Below, in pieces: positions 20,519-30,855 of a stretch of DNA of 59,712 bases. Each line of letters begins with the position of its first letter. Positions within the stretch are counted from its first letter, which is position 1. The notes under the pieces were generated by a model. That model saw only the letters and a list, made by a program, of their open reading frames with translations, was not told where the DNA came from and did no database searches. Both the position numbers and the translations under genes were made by a program. The stretch is from sequence record SRR20825006_884; one strand, given 5' to 3'.

Positions 20519-20538
20519 ACCTGACCTTTTGGTCAGGT
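20519..20538. promoter_or_regulatory. Perfect inverted repeat in the hfaA / H-NOX divergent promoter region (putative operator)
   Basis: ACCTGACC-TTTT-GGTCAGGT. Confidence 0.6.
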
Positions 20539-20646
20539 AGTTCCCTCAATCGATCACTGGTATTTGTTCGAAAGGCTTAGAAGCCCTGGCACGATCGGGC
20601 CGAGGTCTGCTGCTTTGCTGTATTTGGAATGAACTGGAGCCAAATG

Positions 20647-21195
20647 ATGAAGGGAGTTGTGTTCAGACAGTTTCTGGAATTCGCAGAAAAGGAGTTCGGC
20701 GAAGCCAAAATCGACGAATTGCTGCGCACGACCGACTTGGAATCGGCTGGAGTGTATACGAATGTCGGATATTACGACCATGTCGAAATGCTGACATTGG
20801 TTACCGCGCTCTCAAATCAGACAGGCCGGTCAGCACGACAACTCCTGGTTGGCTTTGGACGCAGTCTGTTCCCCACGCTTATTGCGGGTCACCCTCAAGA
20901 CGGTATCAGCCATGCCTTTGACTTGATCGAACGCATACATGGCGTCATTCATCGGGATGTTCGTAAACTGTATCCCGATGCTGAAGTCCCGGATATCCAG
21001 CCCCGATCTCGTGATGGAGACCGCGAAATGCGCATCACATACGCCTCGGGACGACCCATGGCCGATTTATGTGAAGGCATGATCATGGCGGCTCTTGATC
21101 ACTATAATAAACTCGAAGATTTTGAAATTGTACGAACCGATAGTAAACATCGGTACCTTTACAATGCGGAATTTCATGTATTCCGCAGGGATTGA
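20647..21195 (+). CDS. H-NOX (heme NO/O2-binding, HNOB) sensor protein
   Basis: N-terminal MKG, YTNVGYYD, proximal His region IHRDVRKLYPDAEVP, YxSxR motif YASGR. Confidence 0.88.
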   Translation: MKGVVFRQFLEFAEKEFGEAKIDELLRTTDLESAGVYTNVGYYDHVEMLTLVTALSNQTGRSARQLLVGFGRSLFPTLIAGHPQDGISHAFDLIERIHGVIHRDVRKLYPDAEVPDIQPRSRDGDREMRITYASGRPMADLCEGMIMAALDHYNKLEDFEIVRTDSKHRYLYNAEFHVFRRD

Positions 21196-22889
21196 ACTTG
21201 AGCGAAAGTGATGAAAATCTCGCACGGCTAAAACGGAAGCTCGAGAGAGAGTCTGCTGCACGCACGGCTGCGGAAAACCTGCTGGAAGTTCGATCCGCTG
21301 AACTTTATGAAATCACCGAGCAACTCCGTGAGGAAGCCCTCCAAGTCAAACACTTGTCGACCGCGATTGATGTGTCTGCTGACGGTGTCGCCATCACCAA
21401 CAAGGATGGCGTTTTCACCTACATGAATCCGACCCATGCCAGTATGTTCGGGTATGCCTACGCCGGTGAGTGTATCGGACGACCCTGGACGATTTTGTAC
21501 GCCAAGGACACGTTGCGCCGATTTGAACGCGACATCTTTCCTCTCTTCCAGCAAAACGGGTATTGGCGCGGCGAAGTCGCCGGCATTGCCAATGATGGTT
21601 CAAAAGTACATCAGGATCTGTCGCTGACAGCGATCGCGGATGGAGGCATCCTCTGCTCCACACGCGATGTGGGCATCATTCGACGCCGCGAAGCCCAACG
21701 AGAACAATTGCACGAAATGCTGCTCGACGCTGAACGCCGCGATGCTCTCGGCCGTATGGCGAAATCAGTTGGGCACGACTTCGCAAACATACTGGCCATC
21801 ATAAACGCCTCTGCACAATTGCTGGCTGATGACGGACAGGCCGACATCTTCGAATTGTTGATAGAGCGCATTCTCCAATCCTGTAATCAGGCCAATGATC
21901 TGGTCGAAGACTTGATGCATTTCGATACCGAACCAGAGCAAAAAGTCTGTTCCCTGAACGACCTCGTTCGGGATGTCAGCGAACTCAACAGCAACCAGTT
22001 CCTGGCAACGCAGGGCTTCGAAACCCTGGTGACCACAAGCAAGCTCATCTGCGAAACCGATCCGACCCTGTTTTCCCGGATGGTCTTCAATCTTGTCAAG
22101 AATGCACGCGAGGCCATCAACGAGAATGGGAGCGTCTACCTCTCCCTGGAGCAGATCGATAAAGACAGTACAGTGGAACCCGACTTTCACCCATCCGCAA
22201 TTTGCAACCGTGGAGACTGCCAGTCATTCCCGGCTGCGCGCCTGATCGTGCGCGACGATGGAGTCGGCATGTCTCAAAAAGCTCTTGATACAGCTTTTTT
22301 GCCATTTCAGTCGACCAAAGGTACCGGGCGCGGGCTTGGACTGGTTACGGTTGATGCCCTGTTACAGGGTCAGATGGGCCGAATGCGCGCTTTCAGCCGC
22401 CCCGGCGAAGGGACGATGGTCGCGATCGACTTGCCCTTGCTGGACGCACGCGCGCCCAGAACGTTTCCCAATTCCATCAACGACCCCGATAAGCCAAGTA
22501 CGGGCGCTCAAGGCGCACTGGTCATAGACGATGATCAATTTCAAGTGGACCTTGTCGTCACCCTGTTGAGAGAATTCGGTTGGGATGCTGTGGGTTTTAC
22601 AAATCCGGTCGCCGCACTTGGCGTCTTCAAAGTTGCACCCTGGGCCTTCGAGTTGATTGTAACAGACCGTCGCATGCCACAAATGAGCGGTGATGAGCTG
22701 GTTCTCGAATTGCTGGATGTCCGGGCGGACATCCCCGTCGTAATGAGTTCCGGCGCTCTCGCATCCCCCCTGCCAGCCGGTCTGGCCGCGACCATTGCCA
22801 AACCACTGTCTCGTGAAAAATTATGGGCAACCCTGCACAAGATTGGCAAAACTGCGCCGGCACATCCACCATTGTCAGCGAACGAGTGA
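21192..22889 (+). CDS. PAS-containing hybrid sensor histidine kinase (H-NOX-associated)
   Basis: N-terminal coiled coil, PAS, H-box GHDFAN, NLVKNAREA, DDGVGM, GRGLGL, C-terminal REC (TDRRMP); overlaps the H-NOX stop codon. Confidence 0.9.
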   Translation: MNLSESDENLARLKRKLERESAARTAAENLLEVRSAELYEITEQLREEALQVKHLSTAIDVSADGVAITNKDGVFTYMNPTHASMFGYAYAGECIGRPWTILYAKDTLRRFERDIFPLFQQNGYWRGEVAGIANDGSKVHQDLSLTAIADGGILCSTRDVGIIRRREAQREQLHEMLLDAERRDALGRMAKSVGHDFANILAIINASAQLLADDGQADIFELLIERILQSCNQANDLVEDLMHFDTEPEQKVCSLNDLVRDVSELNSNQFLATQGFETLVTTSKLICETDPTLFSRMVFNLVKNAREAINENGSVYLSLEQIDKDSTVEPDFHPSAICNRGDCQSFPAARLIVRDDGVGMSQKALDTAFLPFQSTKGTGRGLGLVTVDALLQGQMGRMRAFSRPGEGTMVAIDLPLLDARAPRTFPNSINDPDKPSTGAQGALVIDDDQFQVDLVVTLLREFGWDAVGFTNPVAALGVFKVAPWAFELIVTDRRMPQMSGDELVLELLDVRADIPVVMSSGALASPLPAGLAATIAKPLSREKLWATLHKIGKTAPAHPPLSANE

Positions 22890-22903
22890 ATCGGATTTAC
22901 AGC

Positions 22904-23509
22904 ATGCACCTTCTAATTGCCGATGATCATGATCTCGTGCTGGACGCCGTCCGGTCACTGCTGGAGCACGAATTGCCCGACGCGAAGATTACGATCATGC
23001 GCGATGGCGATGTCGTCAGGACCGCTCTTCAGAATGGCGATCGCTATGATCTCGCTTTGCTGGACCTGCGGATGCCGGGCATCACGGGTGTTCAAGACGT
23101 CAAAGAGCTTATTGCCATGTTTTCCGATCAACCGATTGCGATCCTGTCAGGTGTTGCAGGGCAGATGGAGATAACTGCTCTATTGGAAAGTGGCGCCCGG
23201 GGCTTTATCCCCAAGACCATGCCGGGCGACGGCTTGGTCGCCGCGGTCCGTCTTATTCTGGCAGGACAGGTTTTCAGTCCCACCCAGACCGACAAGAGTC
23301 AGGGAGCAGACGGCTCAAGTCTCACCCCACGTGAACGCGAAGTGCTGTTCTGCCTGCAGCGAGGGGAATCCAACAAACAGATCGCCCGGTTGCTCGACAT
23401 TCAGGAAACAACAGTAAAGCTACACTTGCGGTCGTTGGCCTTGAAACTGGAAGCACGCAATCGCACCGAAGTGGTCGTCAAGGCGATCCAGTCGGGTCTA
23501 ATCGCATAG
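22904..23509 (+). CDS. NarL/LuxR-family response regulator
   Basis: IADDH, LDLRMPG, FIPK; HTH LTPREREVL...SNKQIA...TVKLH. Confidence 0.92.
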   Translation: MHLLIADDHDLVLDAVRSLLEHELPDAKITIMRDGDVVRTALQNGDRYDLALLDLRMPGITGVQDVKELIAMFSDQPIAILSGVAGQMEITALLESGARGFIPKTMPGDGLVAAVRLILAGQVFSPTQTDKSQGADGSSLTPREREVLFCLQRGESNKQIARLLDIQETTVKLHLRSLALKLEARNRTEVVVKAIQSGLIA

Positions 23510-23585
23510 ATAACCGTCTCATGAGCACGTCATTCAACAAGCGGCGCACGCCGGCTTGTTTTCTCGTGCCCCACTTATTCCGATA

Positions 23586-23601
23586 TGCGTATTCTTCCGG
23601 A
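23586..23601. promoter_or_regulatory. FixJ/NarL-type 6-4-6 box upstream of the fixK-like gene
   Basis: TGCGTA-TTCT-TCCGGA; similar boxes at 24938, 24957 and 32567. Confidence 0.45.
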
Positions 23602-23660
23602 GTGTCCGCGCCACCGCTTTGCACCACTCTTCTTTGATGGATCAAAGTTAGGAGAGTGGC

Positions 23661-24335
23661 ATGGCACGGTTTGCAGCAGTTCCTGAAGCACATGCGAGCT
23701 TAGCTAGCGCACGACAAGTGTACGCCCCCGGGACTCATCTTTTCCATCAAGGCGATATTGAGCGAGGCATCCACAAGATTGTATCGGGTACCGTGACCGT
23801 TTACCGAGTCACGGCGGATGGACATCGCCAGATCGAAGCATTTTCCGGCCCAGGTGAATATGTCTCTCTGTGTTTGTGCGCCACCAGTCCGACAAGTGCA
23901 GAAGCGCTAAGCCGCGTGGAAACAAACTATGTGAGCCGTGAAGCTTTTGAGCGATGCCTTCTACAAGACGCGCAATTTCGACAGACGGTGTTTCGCGAGA
24001 TAGACAAGGCGTCCGCAGACGCGCGCCGTCAGGCCACATTGCTAGCCTGTCGCTGTGCGAAGGAGCGGGTAGCAGATTTCGTGCTTTTCCTTGATTCACG
24101 CTTTGCACCCAAAGCCGATGGCTACACACCTATTCGAATGAGCCGGTGTGACATCGCCGATCATCTGGGGCTGACAATTGAAACCGTCAGCCGCATGCTC
24201 AACCAGTTCAAGCAAATTGGCGTCATCGACATGCCTCGGGCTGATCGCTTTCGCCTAAGAAACCGTCAATATCTCAACCGCCTGGCCGGCCAGAATGATG
24301 AAGCGGATAGCAGACCACACGGACTGGCCCTGTAA
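23661..24335 (+). CDS. Crp/Fnr-family regulator, FixK-like
   Basis: cNMP-like domain; HTH MSRCDIADHLGLTIETVSR (ExxSR recognition helix); no N-terminal Fnr Cys cluster. Confidence 0.88.
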   Translation: MARFAAVPEAHASLASARQVYAPGTHLFHQGDIERGIHKIVSGTVTVYRVTADGHRQIEAFSGPGEYVSLCLCATSPTSAEALSRVETNYVSREAFERCLLQDAQFRQTVFREIDKASADARRQATLLACRCAKERVADFVLFLDSRFAPKADGYTPIRMSRCDIADHLGLTIETVSRMLNQFKQIGVIDMPRADRFRLRNRQYLNRLAGQNDEADSRPHGLAL

Positions 24336-24496
24336 GTCAGTCCTCTTTACAATCCGTTGATCCCCGTACGGCGTATGGTGCGGTGACTTTCCAAGCAGGA
24401 AATTTCGGCGAGTGATCTTGTACTCGCGGAACACTAATACGTCCGGAGGCAAATTTTTCACCTCCGACTACAGGTTAAGCTGTGCGCGCCTTAATG

Positions 24497-24856
24497 CTAT
24501 TCAGAGGATGAACTATCCAGTGTAATCGCGACGAAGCGGTCGAGCTGGTCGACATAGTCATGCGCTGCTTCGCTGGCTGCGCGGAACCAAACTGCGGCGC
24601 CCTGTTGTGGCGATTTACAAGTGCCAAGTTCACTCATGAAAGAAATGTCCTTCCGCAGGCGCCTGTTGTAGAACTTCGCCATATCCTGACTTGCTTCCAT
24701 GAAGTGCTTCATGCTGACGGCACCAAATTGCATTGTGTCGGTTACCGGGATCGGTATCGCGCTGTTGGGAATGAACCCTGTCCCGTTTGTGCCAACTTGC
24801 GAACTTGATTTTTGACTCGCTGCCGCTTTCTGGGTTGTGGACTTAGTCTGGGCCAT
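24497..24856 (-). CDS. Phasin-like small protein
   Basis: FYNRRLRKD...LGTCKSPQQ...AAHDY pattern of alphaproteobacterial phasins; GGAGAG RBS. Confidence 0.6.
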   Translation of the reverse strand: MAQTKSTTQKAAASQKSSSQVGTNGTGFIPNSAIPIPVTDTMQFGAVSMKHFMEASQDMAKFYNRRLRKDISFMSELGTCKSPQQGAAVWFRAASEAAHDYVDQLDRFVAITLDSSSSE

Positions 24857-24937
24857 GGCATCTCTCCGATATGTTTGAAATGTTGGGGTTAGAGTTCTGT
24901 CTTTTACCATACAACCGCAGTCTATCTCGCCGCGAAA

Positions 24938-24972
24938 TACGCATTACCCCTGAATTCACGTACTTCTACGGA
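24938..24972. promoter_or_regulatory. Tandem 6-4-6 boxes in the phasin / pta divergent promoter
   Basis: TACGCA-TTAC-CCCTGA (24938-24953) and CACGTA-CTTC-TACGGA (24957-24972). Confidence 0.45.
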
Positions 24973-25078
24973 CTTGCCCAAATGTCTCCGTCAGGATTGA
25001 GTATGCGAAACGGTATTCCGGAGAGAGTGATCGCATGACAAGTACAATTCGATATCCCGCCAGAACCCGGTCAGGGTC

Positions 25079-26014
25079 GTGACCAGCGACATGGATGGCA
25101 AGTTCGATTGGCTCATTGCGAAAGCCGCGGCTCAACCCGGCCCGACATTACGCGTTGCGGTTATACATCCTGTAGATGCCTCCAGCCTCAAAGGTGCTTT
25201 GGACGCGGCGCAGGCTGGTATCATGACGCCCATCCTGGTGGGACCGATTGCAAAAATGTCTGCAGCAGCGGAATTGGCCGGCCTCGACATTTCTGGCCTT
25301 GTGCAGATTGAAGCACCCTACAGCCACGCAGCCGCGGCAAGATCCGTAGAGCTTATCCATGAAGGCAATGCAGATGCCCTCATGAAAGGCGCGCTCCACA
25401 CAAATGAAATGATGGCTGAAATCGTCAAACGCGCCGGTGGCTTGCGCACTGACCGGCGCATGAGCCATGTGTTCCTGCTCTCCACCGCCGGTTATCACAA
25501 ACCGTTGCTGATCAGTGATGGCGCCCTCAACATTGCGCCTGACCTCACCTCGAAACGCTGGATAACGCAAAACGCAATTGACGCGGCCCGGGCCATCGAC
25601 ATCGATCCGCCAAAAGTTGCCATCCTGTCTGCAACCGAAGAGGTGGACCCGATCATACCGTCCACCCTGGATGCAGCCGCCCTGTGCAAGATGGCGGACC
25701 GAGGTCAGATCAAGGGCGGCGTCGTGGACGGCCCCCTTGCATTTGATCTGGCTGTCTCACCTGAATCGGTCGCAACCAAAGGCCTGAAGTCTCCGGTCGC
25801 CGGGGATGCAGATATTCTGATCGTTCCCGCCATCGAGGCTGGAAACATGTTGGCCAAACAGCTGGACTATCTAGCCGGCGCATCAGCGGCTGGAATTGTT
25901 CTGGGTGCCAGTGTTCCGATTATTCTGACCAGCCGCGCCGACAGCGCCGAGGAGCGACTGGCTTCATGCGCCTTTGCGTCAGCCGTGGCGCACTGGCAGC
26001 GAGACCAGCCATGA
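25079..26014 (+). CDS. pta: Phosphate acetyl/butyryl transferase
   Basis: ALMKGALHT, DGALNIAP, VDGPLAFD, PAIEAGNMLAK, PIILTSRAD. Confidence 0.9.
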   Translation: MTSDMDGKFDWLIAKAAAQPGPTLRVAVIHPVDASSLKGALDAAQAGIMTPILVGPIAKMSAAAELAGLDISGLVQIEAPYSHAAAARSVELIHEGNADALMKGALHTNEMMAEIVKRAGGLRTDRRMSHVFLLSTAGYHKPLLISDGALNIAPDLTSKRWITQNAIDAARAIDIDPPKVAILSATEEVDPIIPSTLDAAALCKMADRGQIKGGVVDGPLAFDLAVSPESVATKGLKSPVAGDADILIVPAIEAGNMLAKQLDYLAGASAAGIVLGASVPIILTSRADSAEERLASCAFASAVAHWQRDQP

Positions 26015-27186
26015 CGCGCCGCGCTGTCGCAACATTCAATGTGGGTTCTTCCAGCCTCAAATTCTCGATTTTCGAAATCGACGCTGTCGGCGAGTTGGGA
26101 GAATGCCTCTTTCGCGGCGCTGTGCGCGATCTTTCCGGCGCGCGACGCGTAGACGTATCAGACCCGGAAAAAGTGAAGCCGCTTCAGAGCGTCATAGCCA
26201 GCATATCTGATCCAAAGCATTTGATCACCGCGCTTGCGACCTGGCTAACCGGGCCGGAGGCGGGCGTGACCCTTTCCGGTATAGGACACAGGATCGTGCA
26301 TGGCGGCACCCTGTTTGAGGGCCCGGTCGCCGTTAGCGACAAGACCATTGAGCGCTTACAGGCCCTCGCAGTCTTCGCGCCAGCGCACCAACCGCATAAT
26401 CTCGCGGGCGTGCAAGCCGTTGCAAATGCCCTGCCCGAGATCCGTCAAACCTTGTCATTCGACACGGCGTTCCACAGGACCATGCCGCACATTGCCGAAC
26501 TCTACGCTCTGCCCCGTGCGCTAAGCGAACAAGGCATATTGCGCTTCGGATTTCATGGCTTGTCATATGTGCACATCGCAGAAACTCTTAGTGAGGTTCT
26601 GGGCGCGCGTCCAAAGCGTGTGCTTGCCTTGCATCTGGGCAGCGGCGCAAGCGCCTGCGCCATGATTGACGGGAAAAGCATCGCCACATCCATGGGCTTG
26701 ACCGCACTTGATGGCTTGCCCATGGCGACTCGCTGCGGGGATCTGGATCCGGGCGTGGTCCTGCACCTGATCAAGGATCGTGCTATGCCAGTCGAAGAGG
26801 TTTCCGACCTGCTTTACACGAAGTCTGGCCTACTTGGCGTCTCTGGCATATCGGGAGATACCAAAACGCTTCTGGAAAGCCCTGCCCAAGAGGCGAAAGA
26901 AGCTATCGATCTATATTGCTACAGGATCGCCAGCCAATGCGGCTCACTTGCCGTAGATATGAAAGGGTTTGACGCAATTGTATTCTCGGGCGGAGTCGGC
27001 GAGAACGCACCAGCAATCCGCTCACGAATTATTCAACACCTCGATTGGCTAGGTCCAACTCTTGACGACGCCGCGAACGAAGCGAATGCAGAAGTTCTGT
27101 CTCCCAAGGGGGCGTCGGTGCCGGTGGTGCGCGTTGTCGCGGATGAAGAGCGCATCATTGCGCGCGAATGTGCCTCTCTTCTCTAG
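26011..27186 (+). CDS. ackA: Acetate/propionate kinase
   Basis: NVGSSSLKF, GHRIVHGG, FDTAFH, GFHGLSY, HLGSGAS, FSGGVGEN. Confidence 0.93.
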   Translation: MTRRAVATFNVGSSSLKFSIFEIDAVGELGECLFRGAVRDLSGARRVDVSDPEKVKPLQSVIASISDPKHLITALATWLTGPEAGVTLSGIGHRIVHGGTLFEGPVAVSDKTIERLQALAVFAPAHQPHNLAGVQAVANALPEIRQTLSFDTAFHRTMPHIAELYALPRALSEQGILRFGFHGLSYVHIAETLSEVLGARPKRVLALHLGSGASACAMIDGKSIATSMGLTALDGLPMATRCGDLDPGVVLHLIKDRAMPVEEVSDLLYTKSGLLGVSGISGDTKTLLESPAQEAKEAIDLYCYRIASQCGSLAVDMKGFDAIVFSGGVGENAPAIRSRIIQHLDWLGPTLDDAANEANAEVLSPKGASVPVVRVVADEERIIARECASLL

Positions 27187-28475
27187 CGGATCAGAAAATC
27201 GCAGCCACCTACAGTATTGTCCCAAGTAGCCGATAGCTGCACTGCCGCTGACTCTGAACCGTCCTGCGCCTCGGAAGTCGGCTGTGGAGCTTCACGTGCG
27301 CGCACCAACACCTTGTCGACAATCCGGCTCGAAGGGTGCTCTACCAGCAAATCTCCCTCTTCAAGACCCAACAGAATCTCTGCCTCCTGGCCATTCAAAT
27401 GCCCGATCGTTACTTGACGCAAGCGGGCGCGACCGTTTTCGATGCGATAGACGGACCAGTTGCGATCCTGCTTGAACAATGCGATTATTGGAATAGTGAG
27501 AACATTGTCCTGCGACCAGATCTGGACAGCTACGTCCACCCTGTATCCATGACCCAGCCGGTCCGCAGGCTGGCCTTGCAGCAAGTCCACGACAACATTC
27601 ACGCGCTGCTCCTCAATCCCGAGTGCGGATATTTTTGTGAAGGCAAAAGGCTCAATTTGCCGAACCTTGCCTTGCAGGACGGGACCACCCCAATCCGAGA
27701 TGATCACAGGATCTCCGGGTGAAATGCGCACCGCATCCTCAGACAACAGATCCGCCACGATCTCGATCTCCTCAGGATCCCCAACTTCCACAAGAGGTGC
27801 GCCCTGTGCCACCGGCCCCTCGCTCTGGCGAAGGCGCCGCAGCAAAACCCCATCGATAGGTGCGATGACATCGATCAGTTCTCCGCCCTCATCCTCACTG
27901 CTCGGGCGAAGCGCAGCGCGGGCGGCTGCCAGTTCCTGCCGGCGCATGGCAAGTGCAGCTTCCGCAGCCCGAGCAGCCGCCTGCAGCGTCGTCTCTTCCG
28001 CTTCGGCCCGCTCCAGCATCTGGCGCGATATTGCTCCACCTGGCGCCAGCAGCCGATAGCGATTGGCATCCGTGGTGGCATGGTTCAGTTCGGACCGAAC
28101 CCGGTCGAGTTCCGCCTTGGACGCCGTCACAGCAGCAGCGGCAGCATCGGCAACTGCCGACAATTGCTTTTGGGATCGACTGTCCAGCACAGGCGCAGCC
28201 ACGGGACGGATGCCTGCGACGATTGTCTCCCCTTGATATACGCAATCGCCTGCTTCGAGGCTGATCCGCTCCAATTGCCCTGAGACGGGCGCGGAGATTT
28301 CAAAGACATCATGAATGCGCGTCTTGCCTTCCTCATTTACGGAAACGGTCATCGACCTACTGCTTGCTTTCACGATATCTACGTCGATGGCGCGGGGTGA
28401 GAATGCCCAGACCGCCAGCGCCAGCACAATTATGGCGATGACAGCCCAAAACAGAAGACGATTGCGAAGGGCCAT
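27183..28475 (-). CDS. Efflux periplasmic adaptor subunit (HlyD/MacA-like)
   Basis: N-terminal anchor, EEGKTR, APVSG, alpha-hairpin, FTKISALGIEEQRV. Confidence 0.88.
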   Translation of the reverse strand: MALRNRLLFWAVIAIIVLALAVWAFSPRAIDVDIVKASSRSMTVSVNEEGKTRIHDVFEISAPVSGQLERISLEAGDCVYQGETIVAGIRPVAAPVLDSRSQKQLSAVADAAAAAVTASKAELDRVRSELNHATTDANRYRLLAPGGAISRQMLERAEAEETTLQAAARAAEAALAMRRQELAAARAALRPSSEDEGGELIDVIAPIDGVLLRRLRQSEGPVAQGAPLVEVGDPEEIEIVADLLSEDAVRISPGDPVIISDWGGPVLQGKVRQIEPFAFTKISALGIEEQRVNVVVDLLQGQPADRLGHGYRVDVAVQIWSQDNVLTIPIIALFKQDRNWSVYRIENGRARLRQVTIGHLNGQEAEILLGLEEGDLLVEHPSSRIVDKVLVRAREAPQPTSEAQDGSESAAVQLSATWDNTVGGCDFLIR

Positions 28476-28479
28476 GAGG

Positions 28480-30855
28480 TCACTCCCGGGTTTTCAAAAC
28501 GGCGATAAGGTCGAGCGATTTCACGCGCTGGCGCACGAATAGAGCAGCGGCGATCGATGACACGATCACAATGGAAGCGGCCAGCCCGTGCGTGGAGGGG
28601 GCGACTGTAATGGGTACTCGGAATAATTCAGTCGCCATTGATGTCGCCACGAGATAGGCGAGCCCCATTCCCATCGCCCCGCCCAGCGGCAGAGCCAGGA
28701 AAACCAGCAAGGCCAATTCTCCAATCAGGATGTACGATACCTCGCCTTCCGAAAATCCGAGCACACGCAGGCTGGCCAACTCGCGACCTCGCTCAGTCAG
28801 GCCGATACGCGCAGCATTGTAAACGACCGCCGCGGCAATCGCACCGCCAATCAAAGCGTAGATTGTCATCATGATATTGATGTTCTCTTCCATTGAGTCA
28901 TTGAAATTCTCAATCGAAGCGCGCTGGAGAGAGACGCTGGCAATCCCGGGGCGCTCCAGAACCGCAGCGCTGAAGACTGCCTCCCTGTCAGGATCAATCA
29001 TGGCATAAACACCGCTGACGACATTGCTTTCACCCAAGGCACGCTCTAGCGAATCCACATCCATGAATGCTGGCCATCCCATGGCTTCATTCACAATGGC
29101 CGTAACGGACACATCCAGCGTCGGCCTTTCCCCTTCAAGCACTTCCAGACTGACCCGATCACCGCGCCCGACATTGATCATTCCTGCCAGCTGCGAAGAC
29201 ACAGCCAATCCTCGATCCGGAACACCCAGGAATTTATCCTGATCATCCAGCAGCCGCCGCAGCCGGCCGTCAGGCTCCACACCCACCAACCTCACCCGTT
29301 CGTCCAACTGGCCATGCCTCACGCGGATAGAGATGTCCCGATTAGGCTGCACCGAAAGCACACCCGGGATTCGCTCTATTTCTCGCACAGCGCCAATATT
29401 TGTCGGTTCGACAAAGTTGATTGCGACGTCATATGCATCCGTGCGGTGAAAGTGCTGCTCCATCATTTCGTCAATTGAATCGAACGCAAACAAAGTCCCC
29501 ACCAGCAAGGCTTGCGCCGCCGCAACGCCTATGACGGTCACGCCTGCACGCACGGGCCACCGCGTGACATGCCTTAGTATCATACGGGTTGGCTCATCAA
29601 AATGTATGTGTGCGAACGCACGCTGAACCGGTCCTTTTCCATAAACGGTTGGCGGCGCAGCAGACATTGCCTCGGCTGGCGCTAGCTTCGCTGCAGATCG
29701 CGCGGACCCGACTGCGCCAAATATCGCTGCAAGGGTTGCAGCCCCCCCACCGATCACAAATGCCGACGGATCCGGCCGGAAAATCATATCGGGAAACCGG
29801 AAGCTATCCGTATAGAGATTGGTCATCAAGCGCGCCAATGCTGCACCAAGGACAAAACCGACCAGAATACCGCCGATCACCATGCCCAACGCCATCTTCA
29901 CATAGTGCCAGGCGATTTCCCACTCATCGAAACCGAAAGCTTTCAGCAAACCAATCTGCTGGCGCTCCGTCGCGATCAGTCGCGCCAGAATCGCATTTAA
30001 CAGCATGGCTGACACAATCAGGAATATTGGCGGTATGATCGCAGCGATCGATGCCAGTTGCTGCATCTCGCTTTCGATGAACGCATTAGACAATTGATCT
30101 TCCGCGCCATAAGCCCCGCCAGTGCCGTATGGCTCCAACAATTTGTCCAGCGAGTCGATCACCCTTTGTGGGTTGGCTCCGGGACTGAGAGAGACGCTCA
30201 CACTGTTGAACGCCCCATCCAGATCAAAGGCCGCTTCAAGTGCCCTACGGCTTAGCCAGAAGATAGCGAAACGTTTTTCATCAGGTAGCAGACCGCTCGG
30301 GCCCAGCATGTAGACATGCTCTGGGGAATCCCCAACCCCGACAATCTCCAGGTCACGCGCACGTCCATTGATGATGGCGCGTACATGGCTGCCCAGCGTA
30401 AACCCGTGCGCATCTACGAACGCCTTGGAAACCACTGCCTCGTCCGGGCGGCTGGGATCGGGGAAGCGTCCGGAATACAGCAGGACGCCGTTCAGTCTTG
30501 GTTCTCCGTTCTCAGGCACCGACACCAATTGAGCGTTCGCTGGCTCGCGCATGCCTTCAATGTCCAGTGTTACAAGGCGAGAAATGCGTGTTTCGATGGT
30601 TCGGACGCCATCAATCTCCGAGATTTCATTTGCGAGTCGCTCGGGCGCGCGCTTCGCATTCGAGAAGACGTCCGCAAATCGAAACCGGTCGTAATAAGTA
30701 TCGCGGCTCAACTCGAGAGACGATATCGCACCTAGCGCCATCACCATGATCGCTACGCCGCACGCCACAATCGCGCCCACCGCCAGCCCCTGACCGCGCA
30801 TATGCAACAGATCCCGCAACAATTTGCGGTCCAGCGCTGATATCCATCCTACCAT
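28480..30855 (-). CDS. ABC transporter permease (FtsX/MacB-like, two repeats)
   Basis: [21 protein letters not shown] and [13 protein letters not shown]. Confidence 0.9.
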   Translation of the reverse strand: MVGWISALDRKLLRDLLHMRGQGLAVGAIVACGVAIMVMALGAISSLELSRDTYYDRFRFADVFSNAKRAPERLANEISEIDGVRTIETRISRLVTLDIEGMREPANAQLVSVPENGEPRLNGVLLYSGRFPDPSRPDEAVVSKAFVDAHGFTLGSHVRAIINGRARDLEIVGVGDSPEHVYMLGPSGLLPDEKRFAIFWLSRRALEAAFDLDGAFNSVSVSLSPGANPQRVIDSLDKLLEPYGTGGAYGAEDQLSNAFIESEMQQLASIAAIIPPIFLIVSAMLLNAILARLIATERQQIGLLKAFGFDEWEIAWHYVKMALGMVIGGILVGFVLGAALARLMTNLYTDSFRFPDMIFRPDPSAFVIGGGAATLAAIFGAVGSARSAAKLAPAEAMSAAPPTVYGKGPVQRAFAHIHFDEPTRMILRHVTRWPVRAGVTVIGVAAAQALLVGTLFAFDSIDEMMEQHFHRTDAYDVAINFVEPTNIGAVREIERIPGVLSVQPNRDISIRVRHGQLDERVRLVGVEPDGRLRRLLDDQDKFLGVPDRGLAVSSQLAGMINVGRGDRVSLEVLEGERPTLDVSVTAIVNEAMGWPAFMDVDSLERALGESNVVSGVYAMIDPDREAVFSAAVLERPGIASVSLQRASIENFNDSMEENINIMMTIYALIGGAIAAAVVYNAARIGLTERGRELASLRVLGFSEGEVSYILIGELALLVFLALPLGGAMGMGLAYLVATSMATELFRVPITVAPSTHGLAASIVIVSSIAAALFVRQRVKSLDLIAVLKTRE

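Noticed and set aside
23632-23647. CTTTGAT-GG-ATCAAAG palindrome before the fixK-like gene as an FNR box
   Set aside because: Half-sites match, but the spacer is 2 nt rather than the required 4; it cannot be called an FNR site
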